This document shows positions 1 through 10,719 of a stretch of DNA of 35,495 nucleotides, piece by piece. The position numbers and the translations under genes were made by a program. The notes beneath the pieces were generated by a model. It saw nothing but the letters and a program-made list of their open reading frames with translations. It searched no databases and was not told where the DNA came from. Position 1 is the first letter of the stretch, and every line of letters begins with the position of its first letter. The DNA is from a virus (taxonomy: Duplodnaviria; Caudoviricetes), in IMG/VR virus record IMGVR_UViG_3300046779_000859, positions 1 through 35,495 of that record; one strand, written 5' to 3'.

Positions 1-791
1 ACACTTGGATTAAATTGACTTCCTGTATTAGTTCCTGCACCTGTATTAGTTCCTGCACCTGTATTAGTTCCTGCACCTGTATTAGTTCCTGCACCTGTAT
101 TAGTTCCTGCACCTGTATTAGTTCCTGATTGTGTAGATGCAAGCGCATTTGGGTTTGACAACATAGACTTATACGCTTCAAGCTTCATTTGCTCCAACTC
201 CTTTTGGTTAGCAAACTGCTTGTTCATCAAATCCATGTTTTGATTAAATGCAACATTTGTAGCAACACCCTGACCAATAGCACCTAAAGCATTCTGAAGG
301 TTCTGTTTGGCGGCTGTGTCTCTTGCAAGTCGAGCAGCAGATTCAGCTTGGAACTGCTGTAATTGATCCTGTTGAATACGAGTCTCTTGAGAAGCGTAGT
401 TATTCAAACCAGAAGTCAAGGTAGAAAGTCTATTAACATAATCCTTTCCAGCTGATATATCTAAATCAGACAAAGCCATACCCCTCTTCATATTCAAATC
501 AGCAATAGCACTCATTTTATCTGTTAAGCTACCACCTGCATTTCTAATGCCTGTTATAGCATTGTTTATGCTTTGATCTATCTTGTTTATGGCGGCTTCG
601 TAACCCATGGGATTACGGTTTGATGCTAATGTTCTCTGTATTCCTAAAGCCTCTTTTGCAGACTCAGGTATAGACAAATCAGGACGAGTTAAATCCTCCT
701 CACCAAGAGACTTACCAAACTGAACCCCAGACTGTATAAGTGCTGGAGCAGAAGATAATAGTGATGCTAATATTACTGGTGGTATAGGCAT
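1..791 (-). CDS. Putative internal virion (ejection/cargo) protein, 3'-truncated by the window edge
   Basis: Absent from the ORF track. ATG at 791 reads open to the edge (MPIPPVILASLIISAPALIQSGVQFG...GTNTGA repeats). Hydrophobic N-terminus, A/Q/G/N-rich helical composition, directly downstream of the tail stabilisation gene. Confidence 0.6.
   Translation of the reverse strand, partial: MPIPPVILASLLSSAPALIQSGVQFGKSLGEEDLTRPDLSIPESAKEALGIQRTLASNRNPMGYEAAINKIDQSINNAITGIRNAGGSLTDKMSAIADLNMKRGMALSDLDISAGKDYVNRLSTLTSGLNNYASQETRIQQDQLQQFQAESAARLARDTAAKQNLQNALGAIGQGVATNVAFNQNMDLMNKQFANQKELEQMKLEAYKSMLSNPNALASTQSGTNTGAGTNTGAGTNTGAGTNTGAGTNTGAGTNTGSQFNPS
22..127. repeat. 18-bp perfect tandem repeat (~5.9 copies of CCTGTATTAGTTCCTGCA) encoding (GTNTGA)n
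   Basis: Units start at 22, 40, 58, 76, 94 and 112, in frame with the minus-strand ORF. Confidence 0.97.
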
Positions 792-832
792 ATTTCTTGC
801 AAATTAAACATTAATCAGTTAATTATCAATAG

Positions 833-840
833 CAAACTTA
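833..840 (-). promoter_or_regulatory. Bacteroidota -7 promoter element (TAnnTTTG)
   Basis: TAAGTTTG on the minus strand in the intergenic gap upstream of the ORF starting at 791; -33 element not clear. Confidence 0.45.
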
Positions 841-855
841 CAAAAGTTTTAACAA

Positions 856-3800
856 TTATATTAACGCAGGACTGGGAACAAATACTACTTTGGCAGAGAA
901 TAATACTACTTTCTTATCAGTATTCTGACTTATAGTGTGTTCAAAAGCATATCCGCGTAATTGTCTACCGTTTTGTAGAGCCAATGCTGTTGTTGCTAAA
1001 TATGGGTCGGCTACGTTTACATTTAGCTTATCTCTCAAATATGCCGCCCAATAATACCCCTCTCTTAGAGATAGTATAGTGGATGGCATCTCCGTCTCCA
1101 TAACCGCATAAGACTCATTCTCATAGCTCTTAACAGAATCCACATTAAATACGGCGTTTGATCGTAATCCAAGAGTTAATGGTCTTTTAATTAACGTGCC
1201 TGACTCATTCATGATAAATGTTATAGACTGAGTTTTTTGCAAGCCGTAAAATTCTAACTCATCACCCTCGTTATGTACATAAAGTTGACCGTTTGCGTTC
1301 CATGAAACATTTACAACACCAAGCGTTTCGGCCCACATTGGATTATAGTCAACCATTGTTATCCATCTATTCCTTGAATATGAGAATACAACACCCTCTG
1401 TTTCTCTTGGTCTTTCAGTTCCATCTTTAAAACCAAAGAAGCATGTGTACTCCATGTTGCTCTCATCAATCATTGATGTAACATCATACTCAGTTATGTC
1501 GGCTGTTATTTCAGTCGCTTTATTTGACGTCCAATAATTGAATTTATATTGACCGCTTGATATATCCGACTGACCATTAGATGCAGTCCTAATAAATGCG
1601 CCTGTATAGAGGTCAAAATAGAATAAATCACCCTCAATTAACTGTACACTTCCTGGGTGTACGGTTCCAAATAGGCTGTCGTATGGATTTACACCACCAA
1701 ACACCTTATCCGTATATGCTAATTGACCCGATCCATCACCACCCGTAGCGTATGACTTTTGTATATATATTGACGTCTCCTTTCTATTTTGGAGAGCCTT
1801 CAAAGTATACCCAACCTGCTTTAGTCTATTGATTGATCCAAAGTTGTCATTTAAGTATAAGCTATTTCCAAGACCTTCAAATGAAGACAGTCCGTTTATA
1901 AAACTGTTTTGAACGTATGGAAGAGAGTGTATAATGCTTGATGTTAGATTACGTCTTTTTGCATTAATATCATCAAGACCAAATCTACCTAAACCATGAC
2001 TATCTGATTTATAATAGTCACTATAACTATAGTCCTCAACCCAGTAATAAGCATATCCTGGATATACATTGTTTATATCTGATTCAAATATTAAATAGTA
2101 ACCACTTCCACTAATACCACTTAATCCACCATAAAATAAGTATACTTTATTTGGATTAGATGATGGCTGCTCTTCTAAATAAATAAATGTTAGATTACCT
2201 GTACCAACTCCTGCTGTTGGACTTAATGGAAACCCTGGGAAGTCATTTATACTTGCATAAGGTCCTGAATATCTATATCCTGTAGTATATTCTCTACACC
2301 TTATATAAACATCTCCATAATCCAAATCAATTATTGCCGGCTGCAAGGATGTTTGGTCTTGAGTGTTTCCAGCGTGTGTTCTATTTGCAGTATGTGGGTT
2401 TAAAATAACATACCCCTCATCGTAGTTAACAGACGGATCCTGTATTTCATACCAAATCTCATCATCTTGTTGAGGTTTTGGAGTATATATCTCTATTAAA
2501 GCACCCGTAAAAGATGATATACCTTCAAATATTTGAGAGTAATCAAATTGAGATACCGTTATTGATTCTGATGGACCCCACCCTAAATCTATTCCACCAG
2601 CAGGATCATACTCAAGAACTTCTGTTTCATAATAAAAAGAACAGTAGTCTGGTTGTACATATCCAGAAGTTGATGGAGGGTTTGGAGATATGGGGGGAGC
2701 TTTAGCAACAAATCTAACTATATCACCCTTTTGAGGAGTGTGATTTATTGTTGCGCCCTCATAGTTATTTGTATAAAAATTCTCAAGAGATAATTTTATT
2801 GTATAACCACTTGATGATACCTCAGCTGCGGTTATAGATCTCTGCTGAAAATTAATCATCAACTCATCCTTTTTAACAAGGATTTGGTAGTGTGTTGCCC
2901 ATTCTGGAGGCGTATGATTTATTTCAACTTGAGCTTTTACAGTATAGGGGTTTCCTGGCTGCGTCAAAAATGATAGGTCCTCGTTGGAAGGAAACGGAAC
3001 ATCTAATTGCAACGGTATAATCTGAGAAGCTTTATATTGAACTGATCCAGATCTTAAGCCTCTATCATAATATTGTATACCAAATACTTTAGTAGAACCC
3101 TTCTTCAATGATTTAACGCACTTGTTCTCTCTAAGTATTTTTACATCATGAAAGAAGCTATCAACATCTCCATCACCCTGTGGATGCCACCATCCTGGAA
3201 CGTCTAAATATATATTCCCAGAAGTTGTACCAACAAGTGTATTTGTAACACCATCAGTATTTAAAGATGTAGATACATTACCAGCTAAATTTAACAATTT
3301 ATCTACTGGGTTTCCAACAAAAGCTATGTCAGCAGCTGTAACTTTATAGTAGTAATTTATAAGAGTAGACGGACCTGATGTTGTATTATATAAAGGGAAT
3401 ACAATCAAGTCACCTTCTACAAATTCAAATGTAAAAAAAGTATCTGTAATAGACGTAAACCTAATTATACAACTACCACCAGCACCAAATGGATTCTCAC
3501 TCCATGTTATACCTGTTGTATTATTTACTACATTAATCCTATTAATATATGGTCTTGCCAAATAATCTACGTTCTCAAGATTAGCCGTAATAGACATATC
3601 TATCTCTTCTAATAAGTCATAGTCGGCATAATAGTTTCCGTATGTGATACTATTATTTGATATTATCTCTTGACACTTAGCCACCTGTGGCATTGAGTCA
3701 TAGTTGTATTGTGTGGCGGCTGCTGGTTTGGTGGCTACATTACCATCATAAATAACGGTAGATATAGTCTCATCAGTTACCAAAGCCTGCTCCTTATCTA

Positions 3801-4707
3801 TCTCTTGAAATATAGACCAAGCTCCATTCTCTCCAACTCTTACAGCAAATCGTATTTTAGTAACGTCATACTGACCAGTGTAGTAATTTATAATTATCTC
3901 ATTATCAGTAAGTGGAGCCTCAGTGTCTCTACCAGATACATATTCATTAGTATTACTAAACGGCTGATTTGAAATCATCGACCATTTAGACTCCTCATTG
4001 TTATTATATACGTATTGATATCTAAATTGATATTGCTTACCATATAACTTATTAAAGCTTTTGTTTAAGTTAGTTTGGTATGCGGCTAATGGTTTATACG
4101 TGGGCGGACATTTTAAGGCGTCCATTGTGTGAAACGAATGATCTATTGTGTCAAAAGCTTCCACTGGATATCCCTCTGGATCAATACCAGCAGAAGACAT
4201 GTATTTAATTGCTTTTGGTATATCTATTTTGCGAGGAGGATTAAATTGAATAACTCCATTTACATCATAAAGAAAATCTTCAAAGTACCCGTCTGTCCAA
4301 TATAATAAATCATCAATTACATTAGTATGATATATTTTATGGTCAATTTGAAAATTTAATGCCTCGCCTGCATTTCCAACAGCTAAATTACCTAATACTA
4401 ATGTAATTACACTTGTATTAATATCAAACGACCATATTGTATGTAGGTTATTTGAGTTATGTACAAAATATATTATTGAATTACCTTTAATCCATTTAGC
4501 ACTACCAATAACGGTATTTACACCTGCTGGTAGATTTAAATTGTTAACTAATAAATTTCCTGGCATCGACTCTAAAGCCCCCTGATTCTGAGCTTCAGCA
4601 GAACCTGAGCGACAATAGGTAGACATTCTATAATCCCCATTTTGAAGTAGACGAGGATCATCATCGGTATTGATACCGTTTATAAATAATATATCTTTTG
4701 ATTCCAT
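856..4707 (-). CDS. Tail stabilisation / muzzle protein (P22 gp10-like, crAss-like)
   Basis: 1283 aa; N-terminal GINTDDDPRLLQNGDYR, YQFRYQYVY-x-NNEES-x-WS and FGIQYYDRGLRS motifs typical of crAss-like tail stabilisers; follows the ring-protein genes. Confidence 0.8.
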   Translation of the reverse strand: MESKDILFINGINTDDDPRLLQNGDYRMSTYCRSGSAEAQNQGALESMPGNLLVNNLNLPAGVNTVIGSAKWIKGNSIIYFVHNSNNLHTIWSFDINTSVITLVLGNLAVGNAGEALNFQIDHKIYHTNVIDDLLYWTDGYFEDFLYDVNGVIQFNPPRKIDIPKAIKYMSSAGIDPEGYPVEAFDTIDHSFHTMDALKCPPTYKPLAAYQTNLNKSFNKLYGKQYQFRYQYVYNNNEESKWSMISNQPFSNTNEYVSGRDTEAPLTDNEIIINYYTGQYDVTKIRFAVRVGENGAWSIFQEIDKEQALVTDETISTVIYDGNVATKPAAATQYNYDSMPQVAKCQEIISNNSITYGNYYADYDLLEEIDMSITANLENVDYLARPYINRINVVNNTTGITWSENPFGAGGSCIIRFTSITDTFFTFEFVEGDLIVFPLYNTTSGPSTLINYYYKVTAADIAFVGNPVDKLLNLAGNVSTSLNTDGVTNTLVGTTSGNIYLDVPGWWHPQGDGDVDSFFHDVKILRENKCVKSLKKGSTKVFGIQYYDRGLRSGSVQYKASQIIPLQLDVPFPSNEDLSFLTQPGNPYTVKAQVEINHTPPEWATHYQILVKKDELMINFQQRSITAAEVSSSGYTIKLSLENFYTNNYEGATINHTPQKGDIVRFVAKAPPISPNPPSTSGYVQPDYCSFYYETEVLEYDPAGGIDLGWGPSESITVSQFDYSQIFEGISSFTGALIEIYTPKPQQDDEIWYEIQDPSVNYDEGYVILNPHTANRTHAGNTQDQTSLQPAIIDLDYGDVYIRCREYTTGYRYSGPYASINDFPGFPLSPTAGVGTGNLTFIYLEEQPSSNPNKVYLFYGGLSGISGSGYYLIFESDINNVYPGYAYYWVEDYSYSDYYKSDSHGLGRFGLDDINAKRRNLTSSIIHSLPYVQNSFINGLSSFEGLGNSLYLNDNFGSINRLKQVGYTLKALQNRKETSIYIQKSYATGGDGSGQLAYTDKVFGGVNPYDSLFGTVHPGSVQLIEGDLFYFDLYTGAFIRTASNGQSDISSGQYKFNYWTSNKATEITADITEYDVTSMIDESNMEYTCFFGFKDGTERPRETEGVVFSYSRNRWITMVDYNPMWAETLGVVNVSWNANGQLYVHNEGDELEFYGLQKTQSITFIMNESGTLIKRPLTLGLRSNAVFNVDSVKSYENESYAVMETEMPSTILSLREGYYWAAYLRDKLNVNVADPYLATTALALQNGRQLRGYAFEHTISQNTDKKVVLFSAKVVFVPSPALI

Positions 4708-5453
4708 TAGCGTATATTAAATCCACTTGCACCATAAATGGTATCCATCACCTCATCTACAACAGGACCTTTAGCCAATATGTTAGCATCCCATAATGTA
4801 TCCTTGTATTGACGCTCCTTGTCCTTAGCCATATTAGCTAACTCAGGCTTCAACTCACACATCTGCCAAAGTAGATAATTTCTAAAAGGTTCAATATATG
4901 ATTGAGGAACTAATGTAGATCCACAAACATTCTTACCAGAACTTAGGTATTCTATTACGGCTTTGCCTGTTGGAAGAGCCTCTACAAATTGAATGTATCT
5001 CTCCGCCTCATTAACTCTGTAATAGTTTATATTAAAACCACCTCCAGCTGTATACAAAGGACCATAATATGTTCCGTTATAAAATCCTTCGGCTATCCAA
5101 AATCCACTGCCGATAGAAGCTGATTCAGCCTCTGCAATATCATTACAAATATCAGGAGTGTTATTTAATGCAATCGTATTATCAATACCCAACGTCCACA
5201 ACCTATTACCAATTTGGTATGCCACCTTTGTATATCTAATATAATCACTTGGCATCGGCCATATCTTTGTATTTGCATTTACATCAACATGGGCAGACAC
5301 AACAGATGGCATCTCGTAACCTCTTAATTTCTCTTGGTAAAATTCCAAAGCCAACTGCTCAACCCACTCATAATCACTTGTGGTATAGCCAAAGTTTTTC
5401 ATTCGGCTTATTGCTGACATTGTAATGTATGTTATGTTCTTAATTGGATCCAT
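4707..5453 (-). CDS. Tail ring / head-tail connector protein
   Basis: 248 aa; MPSDYIRYTKV and IEYLSSG motifs; position immediately before the muzzle gene. Confidence 0.65.
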   Translation of the reverse strand: MDPIKNITYITMSAISRMKNFGYTTSDYEWVEQLALEFYQEKLRGYEMPSVVSAHVDVNANTKIWPMPSDYIRYTKVAYQIGNRLWTLGIDNTIALNNTPDICNDIAEAESASIGSGFWIAEGFYNGTYYGPLYTAGGGFNINYYRVNEAERYIQFVEALPTGKAVIEYLSSGKNVCGSTLVPQSYIEPFRNYLLWQMCELKPELANMAKDKERQYKDTLWDANILAKGPVVDEVMDTIYGASGFNIR

Positions 5454-6046
5454 TATTTAGCCGGCTGTGTTGGTTTATCGGTATCTGGTACGTTATTGTT
5501 ATATGTCTCTCCAGGTTTAATTCCTGCTTGTTGTATCAACTGAACAACCATTTGAAAAATAATAGACTCCTTCCCTGGTAAGCTGATGAAAGCATCATCA
5601 TCCATTGAGTTAGGATTAGGTATCATTTCAACTGTTATATTTTCAGTTGGAGTTCCGTTAAAGTATAATTTACTACCTTGTAGGTATGTAGTTGTAAAAC
5701 AAGTTTGCGGCTTGATAATATTCATGATGTGATTCTCAATCGTACCCATTCTTGTTGGGTAAAAACAACCGTCAGAACCACTAACATAAGTTATACTATC
5801 GCTACCCATTAAAGGAGTAACCGGCAAATTAACATAATATCTTGGAGAAACACCCTGTCTCGTTAATTCATACGGAACAGATGTATCCCTCTTTCCATTC
5901 TCACTCTTATAAGCTAAATCAGTATAAACAAGACCAACCAAATAGGCGATTACTTGATATGGGTATTTACCCTTGATATCATCAGTCACATCATCGCCTG
6001 CTAGACGATTCTGTATCAATTCCACCATTTGACGTTTAGTAATCAT
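5453..6046 (-). CDS. Putative tail ring / adaptor protein
   Basis: 197 aa; overlapping stop/start coupling within the tail operon. Confidence 0.5.
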   Translation of the reverse strand: MITKRQMVELIQNRLAGDDVTDDIKGKYPYQVIAYLVGLVYTDLAYKSENGKRDTSVPYELTRQGVSPRYYVNLPVTPLMGSDSITYVSGSDGCFYPTRMGTIENHIMNIIKPQTCFTTTYLQGSKLYFNGTPTENITVEMIPNPNSMDDDAFISLPGKESIIFQMVVQLIQQAGIKPGETYNNNVPDTDKPTQPAK

Positions 6047-6765
6047 TATTGACCTTTATTTATATCTAATGTCTGCAAGTTAAATGCAGATTGAATGTTA
6101 ATAGTAAAGTATTTTACAATTAATTCCACAAGGTTGTAGTGAACAGATTCTGGCCATTCAAATTCAACGCTTTGGCTTGGTGTTCCTGCTGGTAGAACCG
6201 AGCTGTTTTGATGTACCGTTCCAGGAGGTAGATAAAATATCTCACTGTTTACGATGTCATAATCAAACACGGGATCAACAGGTCTACGTAAATATGAAAA
6301 GATTATGTTGTTAACACCAATAGGGCGTACAAGCCATTTATTGTTTTGTATTGCGGCTATTGGACGATCTAAAGATGGTGCTAATATATCTGTACCTAAT
6401 CTATAACCAAAGTCAGCTTGATTTAAGAACTCAATAGGTCTAACTTTTTCTACTGCTCCATCACAATCGTTTACATATTGAGTATAAAACGATCTAACGT
6501 AATAGTAATAATCTTCAGGTATATCCATATACCCAAATGAATCTAACTGCAAAGGTACAGATGTGCTATCTCCGATAGTCTTTACAAATGGAAGCAAATC
6601 ATCAGTTATCTCCCTCTTTTCCTCAAACACCTTGAGCAAATCATTGATCTGCTCTAAGTTAATCCACTTGATTGCCTCGTTATAATCTCTAGGAGTAATA
6701 TAACCACCATATTGGTCTTTACCAAGTTGATTATAAACCTTGTCTAATATTTCTCCTAAATTCAT
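6046..6765 (-). CDS. Tail tubular / ring protein (P22 gp4-like adaptor)
   Basis: 239 aa; KDQYGGYITP-x-DYN, IPEDY, YLRRP-x-DP and FEWPES motifs of crAss-like ring proteins. Confidence 0.7.
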   Translation of the reverse strand: MNLGEILDKVYNQLGKDQYGGYITPRDYNEAIKWINLEQINDLLKVFEEKREITDDLLPFVKTIGDSTSVPLQLDSFGYMDIPEDYYYYVRSFYTQYVNDCDGAVEKVRPIEFLNQADFGYRLGTDILAPSLDRPIAAIQNNKWLVRPIGVNNIIFSYLRRPVDPVFDYDIVNSEIFYLPPGTVHQNSSVLPAGTPSQSVEFEWPESVHYNLVELIVKYFTINIQSAFNLQTLDINKGQ

Positions 6766-6769
6766 ATAA

Positions 6770-7546
6770 TTAAGAATAAATTCTAACCTCTATACTTGCG
6801 TTGTAAATTGGATTATTAGCTAAAACTCCAGATGAGTTATATGATCTAATTAATATATAATCATTTCCATCATACCAAGCTTCAACAGAGCCTCCTGCCG
6901 CAAAAATACTCGTTCCATTTGTAATGAAAACAGCAACTTTATCAGCTGATACACCTACTAAACTTGTAAATGTTAATGTATAAATACCTGCTGATACATA
7001 TTGAGTTGATGCAGTCCCTAAATCATTTTCTAATTCAAAATTTATAGTAGGTGCGGCTGCCCCTATTTGTGTTAGGCTACCAACAAACTTAGTGTATAAT
7101 TGAACAGCCGAAGGACCCTGAGCACCCTGTGGGCCTTGAACTCCTTGTGGACCTTGCGCACCTTGAGATGCAAGTAGTGCCCAATTAGTAGCGTCTACAT
7201 CGGGAGCCAATATAGATGGTCCAACAGGATTTAGGCAAAACCAAGATGCCCCTGCATATCCTACAGCATCGTCTGCAACATAAGTTCCTGTTGTAGACCA
7301 TGCACCCTGCCAATTCAATCCAGCAGGACCTACGGGGCCAATAGGACCAGCAGGGCCTTGAACACCCTGAGGACCTTGAGGACCAGCAGGAAGTATAGAT
7401 GCAAAGTTTGAAACAGATATAATATTTCCTGTATTAGGGCTATCAACATCAACTATATTGACATAAGAGTCGGAAGGTGATGTAATACTTTGCTTTTGTA
7501 GCCCAGGCGTACTTTTTTTTAAATAAAACCAGTTTTTAATCGGCAT
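6770..7546 (-). CDS. Collagen-like fibre protein with CBM5/12-like module
   Basis: G-X-Y repeats flank NWQGAWSTTGTYVADDAVGYAGASWFC...NWALLA. Confidence 0.75.
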   Translation of the reverse strand: MPIKNWFYLKKSTPGLQKQSITSPSDSYVNIVDVDSPNTGNIISVSNFASILPAGPQGPQGVQGPAGPIGPVGPAGLNWQGAWSTTGTYVADDAVGYAGASWFCLNPVGPSILAPDVDATNWALLASQGAQGPQGVQGPQGAQGPSAVQLYTKFVGSLTQIGAAAPTINFELENDLGTASTQYVSAGIYTLTFTSLVGVSADKVAVFITNGTSIFAAGGSVEAWYDGNDYILIRSYNSSGVLANNPIYNASIEVRIYS

Positions 7547-7563
7547 GTCTTTATATTTTTAAA

Positions 7564-9600
7564 TTATGATAAATCAACTCCATATACTGATGCGCCTCCT
7601 GTTGAAATAGGATCTAATATTCCATCAGCTAATACTCCACCTGAGTTGTATGTGTATATAGTTATATATCCGTTTCCTGAGAAATAATATTTATAATATC
7701 CATAAGATGGGTCTAATGGAACAACATCATATCCACTCGCTGGAGATAAAGATACAAAATTACTTGGCGTTGGGTTGGTTGAATCATAAATAACATACTG
7801 ACCTACACCACTTCTTAAAAATGTATCATAGTTAAAGTTAGTTGTATTCCAAGATACAATTAAAACAGGGTCTGATGTTCCTGTTTGAGTTATGAAACCA
7901 TAGAATGCTTTAGCTCCTGCGGCTGAAATACCTTGTGGGCCTTGTGGGCCTTGAGGACCAACAGGACCTTGCGCTCCAGTAGGACCCTGTAATCCAGGAT
8001 CACCTTGTGGACCTTGTGCTCCAACTGCTCCATTTAATCCAGCAGGACCTTGTGGACCAACTGCTCCTTGTGAAGCTAAAAGCGCCCAATTTGTAGGGTC
8101 TGTGTCAGGTGTTGATGCAGATGGTCCAACAGGGTTAATACAGAACCAAGAAGCTCCGTTATATGCAACCGCATCATCTACAACATAAACACCACTTGGA
8201 CTCCACGTTCCTTGCCAGTTTAAACCAGCAGGTCCAACAGGTCCTTGTGGACCAGCAGGTCCAGTTGCTCCCGTTGCTCCCGTTGCTCCGGCAGGACCAG
8301 TAGGTCCAGTAGCACCTGCAACACCTTGAGGACCAGCAGGTCCAGTAGCACCAACAGGTCCAACAATTTGTGGTATAGCGTCAATTTCAGCTTGTAAATT
8401 ACTAATCTCAACAAGAAGTTGATCAAAGATTGAAGTTCCATCTTGAGATGAATTATCTACCCATGCAGGAGTATCCTCCCCTGAGCAACAATCACAACCA
8501 CATTCAACACCACTTGCATTGAGTAATTCAACCATAGCATTGTAATAGTTTGTGTATTGATCGTAATCACCACAAGCTTGAGCCTCTTTTGCTAATGGAT
8601 ACAATAATGCAATTCCATCAACGTATTTTGTATATGGGCTTGATGTTCCGCAACCTAAAGCAGCCATGTGCTTTACATATAGAGCATCAATACAATCTCT
8701 TATAGCGCAAAGAGTTCCTACACACGTAACTTGAAACTCTTTTGAAAAATCTATATTATCAGCAATACTTAATCCGTCAACTTGAGTTATAGCGGCTGTA
8801 ACTGATAAATTTGTAGTCCATGTTCCTGTCGCTAATTCAGATAAAGCTAAATTAGGATACGTAGTTGTTTGCGGATTTACTACAGGTGCAGGAACAAGAC
8901 CGTTAGGGTAATACGCACTAATCTCACGATCAATAGGCGTCCAAGAACCGTAGGCAGTTGAATCCGTAAACTCAATAGTCCCAAACTGTGTAGCTTGACA
9001 ATCGTATACGGCTGTGATATTAGGTTCTACGCGAGTACAGCCTGAATATGTATATGTCAAGCTGTTTGCTCTATTTACAATAAAGCTAAGTCCACAACTA
9101 GCATCTGTAACTAAACTTTCTGCAACAGTTATTGTTGTGATACCTGCAATGTAGGTAACAGATACAACAGTCTTAGATCCATCATTAGCACCCCCTGAAT
9201 TTAAAACTATATTATCTCCTGCTTGTAGTACATTAGATAAATCTGTTACGTTAGATGTAATTGTATTTACACCTGTAGTAGTAGCCCAACCTGTTGTAGA
9301 AAAATAATTAAAGTTTGCAGTATATGTCAAGTTATAAACGCCATTTACAATGTCCCCATTCATTACAGGAAGATTGTATGCAGGGCTTATGATTGAACCT
9401 GCTGATATATTAATTGGCGGCGTTGTAGTATTGGTCTCGGAAACAAAAGCTACTCCAGTAGGACCTGTCATTACAATAAGACCTTTTGTTGTAACAAGTG
9501 ATGTATCTACACCTTGACCGGCGTATGTAGTTTCATCTTTAACAACGACTGTATTGTTGTTTACATTAAAGGTTGTTAAAATATCGAATGTAATAGGCAT
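7564..9600 (-). CDS. Virion structural protein (hub/fibre) with Cys cluster, collagen repeats and CBM5/12-like module
   Basis: Thr-rich beta N-terminus, CGCDCC cluster, short coiled coil, long G-X-Y runs. The ATG at 9600 is preferred over the TTG at 9618, which overlaps the promoter element. Confidence 0.75.
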   Translation of the reverse strand: MPITFDILTTFNVNNNTVVVKDETTYAGQGVDTSLVTTKGLIVMTGPTGVAFVSETNTTTPPINISAGSIISPAYNLPVMNGDIVNGVYNLTYTANFNYFSTTGWATTTGVNTITSNVTDLSNVLQAGDNIVLNSGGANDGSKTVVSVTYIAGITTITVAESLVTDASCGLSFIVNRANSLTYTYSGCTRVEPNITAVYDCQATQFGTIEFTDSTAYGSWTPIDREISAYYPNGLVPAPVVNPQTTTYPNLALSELATGTWTTNLSVTAAITQVDGLSIADNIDFSKEFQVTCVGTLCAIRDCIDALYVKHMAALGCGTSSPYTKYVDGIALLYPLAKEAQACGDYDQYTNYYNAMVELLNASGVECGCDCCSGEDTPAWVDNSSQDGTSIFDQLLVEISNLQAEIDAIPQIVGPVGATGPAGPQGVAGATGPTGPAGATGATGATGPAGPQGPVGPAGLNWQGTWSPSGVYVVDDAVAYNGASWFCINPVGPSASTPDTDPTNWALLASQGAVGPQGPAGLNGAVGAQGPQGDPGLQGPTGAQGPVGPQGPQGPQGISAAGAKAFYGFITQTGTSDPVLIVSWNTTNFNYDTFLRSGVGQYVIYDSTNPTPSNFVSLSPASGYDVVPLDPSYGYYKYYFSGNGYITIYTYNSGGVLADGILDPISTGGASVYGVDLS

Positions 9601-9615
9601 ACTCTTAGGTTTGTA

Positions 9616-9652
9616 CAAAACTAAAAAAGGTAGCCGAACTAACGACTACCTT
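9616..9652 (-). terminator. Intrinsic terminator with adjacent TAnnTTTG (-7) element
   Basis: Minus strand: AAGGTAGTCG-TTAGTT-CGGCTACCTT then a T-run; TAGTTTTG at 9623-9616. Confidence 0.7.
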
Positions 9653-9691
9653 CTAAACTATTTATTCTACTCAGTTAAAAAGTAATTGACA

Positions 9692-10648
9692 TTACTTTGA
9701 GTACTTCTCAATAATTGATTGTAACTCAGCATCTTGAGACACCTTCTCAATCAAATTAAAGATCTCCTCATCTTCTGATGAACCTTCAATCTTGCAAATT
9801 GACTTTGGCTTACCACCCGTCTTTATTTTCCAATCTGCGCCATCGCTATAAATCTTGGTCTCATCAATTAGTGATGTAATTCTGTTCTTCAAACTTGTAG
9901 TCTCAACAACTCTTTCAACTGTAGGAACCTCAGTAAATACTGGCTTTTCTACAGGTGCTAAACTTGATTTTACCTCAACATACTTTGCGTATGCTCTTTG
10001 AGATGATGAAATATTATCAAATAGACGTATACGGTCTACCTTCTCTTCATTTCTAACATCTAATCCAAGCTTAGGCATAACGTGCTTAACAAGATCGTAT
10101 GACACGCGAGTTCCTTCGATAAGAATCTCATCTTCAATTTTACGGCGGCTTGCGATATTATCCCATTTAGAAATAACCTCCACTTCTGGAATTACAAACG
10201 AAAAGTCTGCATTACCCTTTTTATAGGAGCAGTCATTGTTTGAAAACTCAGGACAATAAAACCACAAGAAAACAAGTAGTTCTAAATCTGTTTTTGGATT
10301 AAGCTTAGTGTTGTGAGCTAATTTCAAATTCAAATTATTAAATCTGAAATCACCGCCTGAAAAAGTAGGAGCTGTCTTTGAATATACAACTTCAACTTTG
10401 AATCCATCCTCTACATCGTATCCAATAGACTTAATACCTTTTGGAACTGGTGGAATAGACCTCATTCCAACTCTAGCATCTCCACCTGGTTTAAATAAAT
10501 CCACATTACGCATTCTATGTTTAGCATAATTAAACATAATTGGTAGTGCATTTTCTTTCCTAAAGAATGATGGAAATTTGTGTTTTAGGATTTCTACATG
10601 ACCTTGTAGATCCTCTTTTGTTAACCTTTTGCCTTCTCTGTATAACAT
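9692..10648 (-). CDS. Conserved capsid-module protein (crAssphage gene 75-like by position)
   Basis: 318 aa directly downstream of the major capsid gene; assignment by synteny only. Confidence 0.5.
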   Translation of the reverse strand: MLYREGKRLTKEDLQGHVEILKHKFPSFFRKENALPIMFNYAKHRMRNVDLFKPGGDARVGMRSIPPVPKGIKSIGYDVEDGFKVEVVYSKTAPTFSGGDFRFNNLNLKLAHNTKLNPKTDLELLVFLWFYCPEFSNNDCSYKKGNADFSFVIPEVEVISKWDNIASRRKIEDEILIEGTRVSYDLVKHVMPKLGLDVRNEEKVDRIRLFDNISSSQRAYAKYVEVKSSLAPVEKPVFTEVPTVERVVETTSLKNRITSLIDETKIYSDGADWKIKTGGKPKSICKIEGSSEDEEIFNLIEKVSQDAELQSIIEKYSK

Positions 10649-10659
10649 TGTTTTATAAT

Positions 10660-10700
10660 TTTAAAAATTAAAGGGTGGAGGCTCATCACCTCCAACCCTT
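10660..10700 (-). terminator. Intrinsic terminator/attenuator after the major capsid gene
   Basis: AAGGGTTGGAGG-TGATGAG-CCTCCACCCTT followed by TAATTTTT on the minus strand. Confidence 0.75.
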
Positions 10701-10719
10701 ATATTATAGTGATGTTGTA

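Noticed and set aside
22-127. CRISPR array
   Set aside because: Contiguous repeats with no spacers, in frame within a CDS
6770-9600. Diversity-generating retroelement (TR/VR pair)
   Set aside because: Differences between the duplicated modules are largely synonymous and not adenine-specific; no reverse transcriptase in the window
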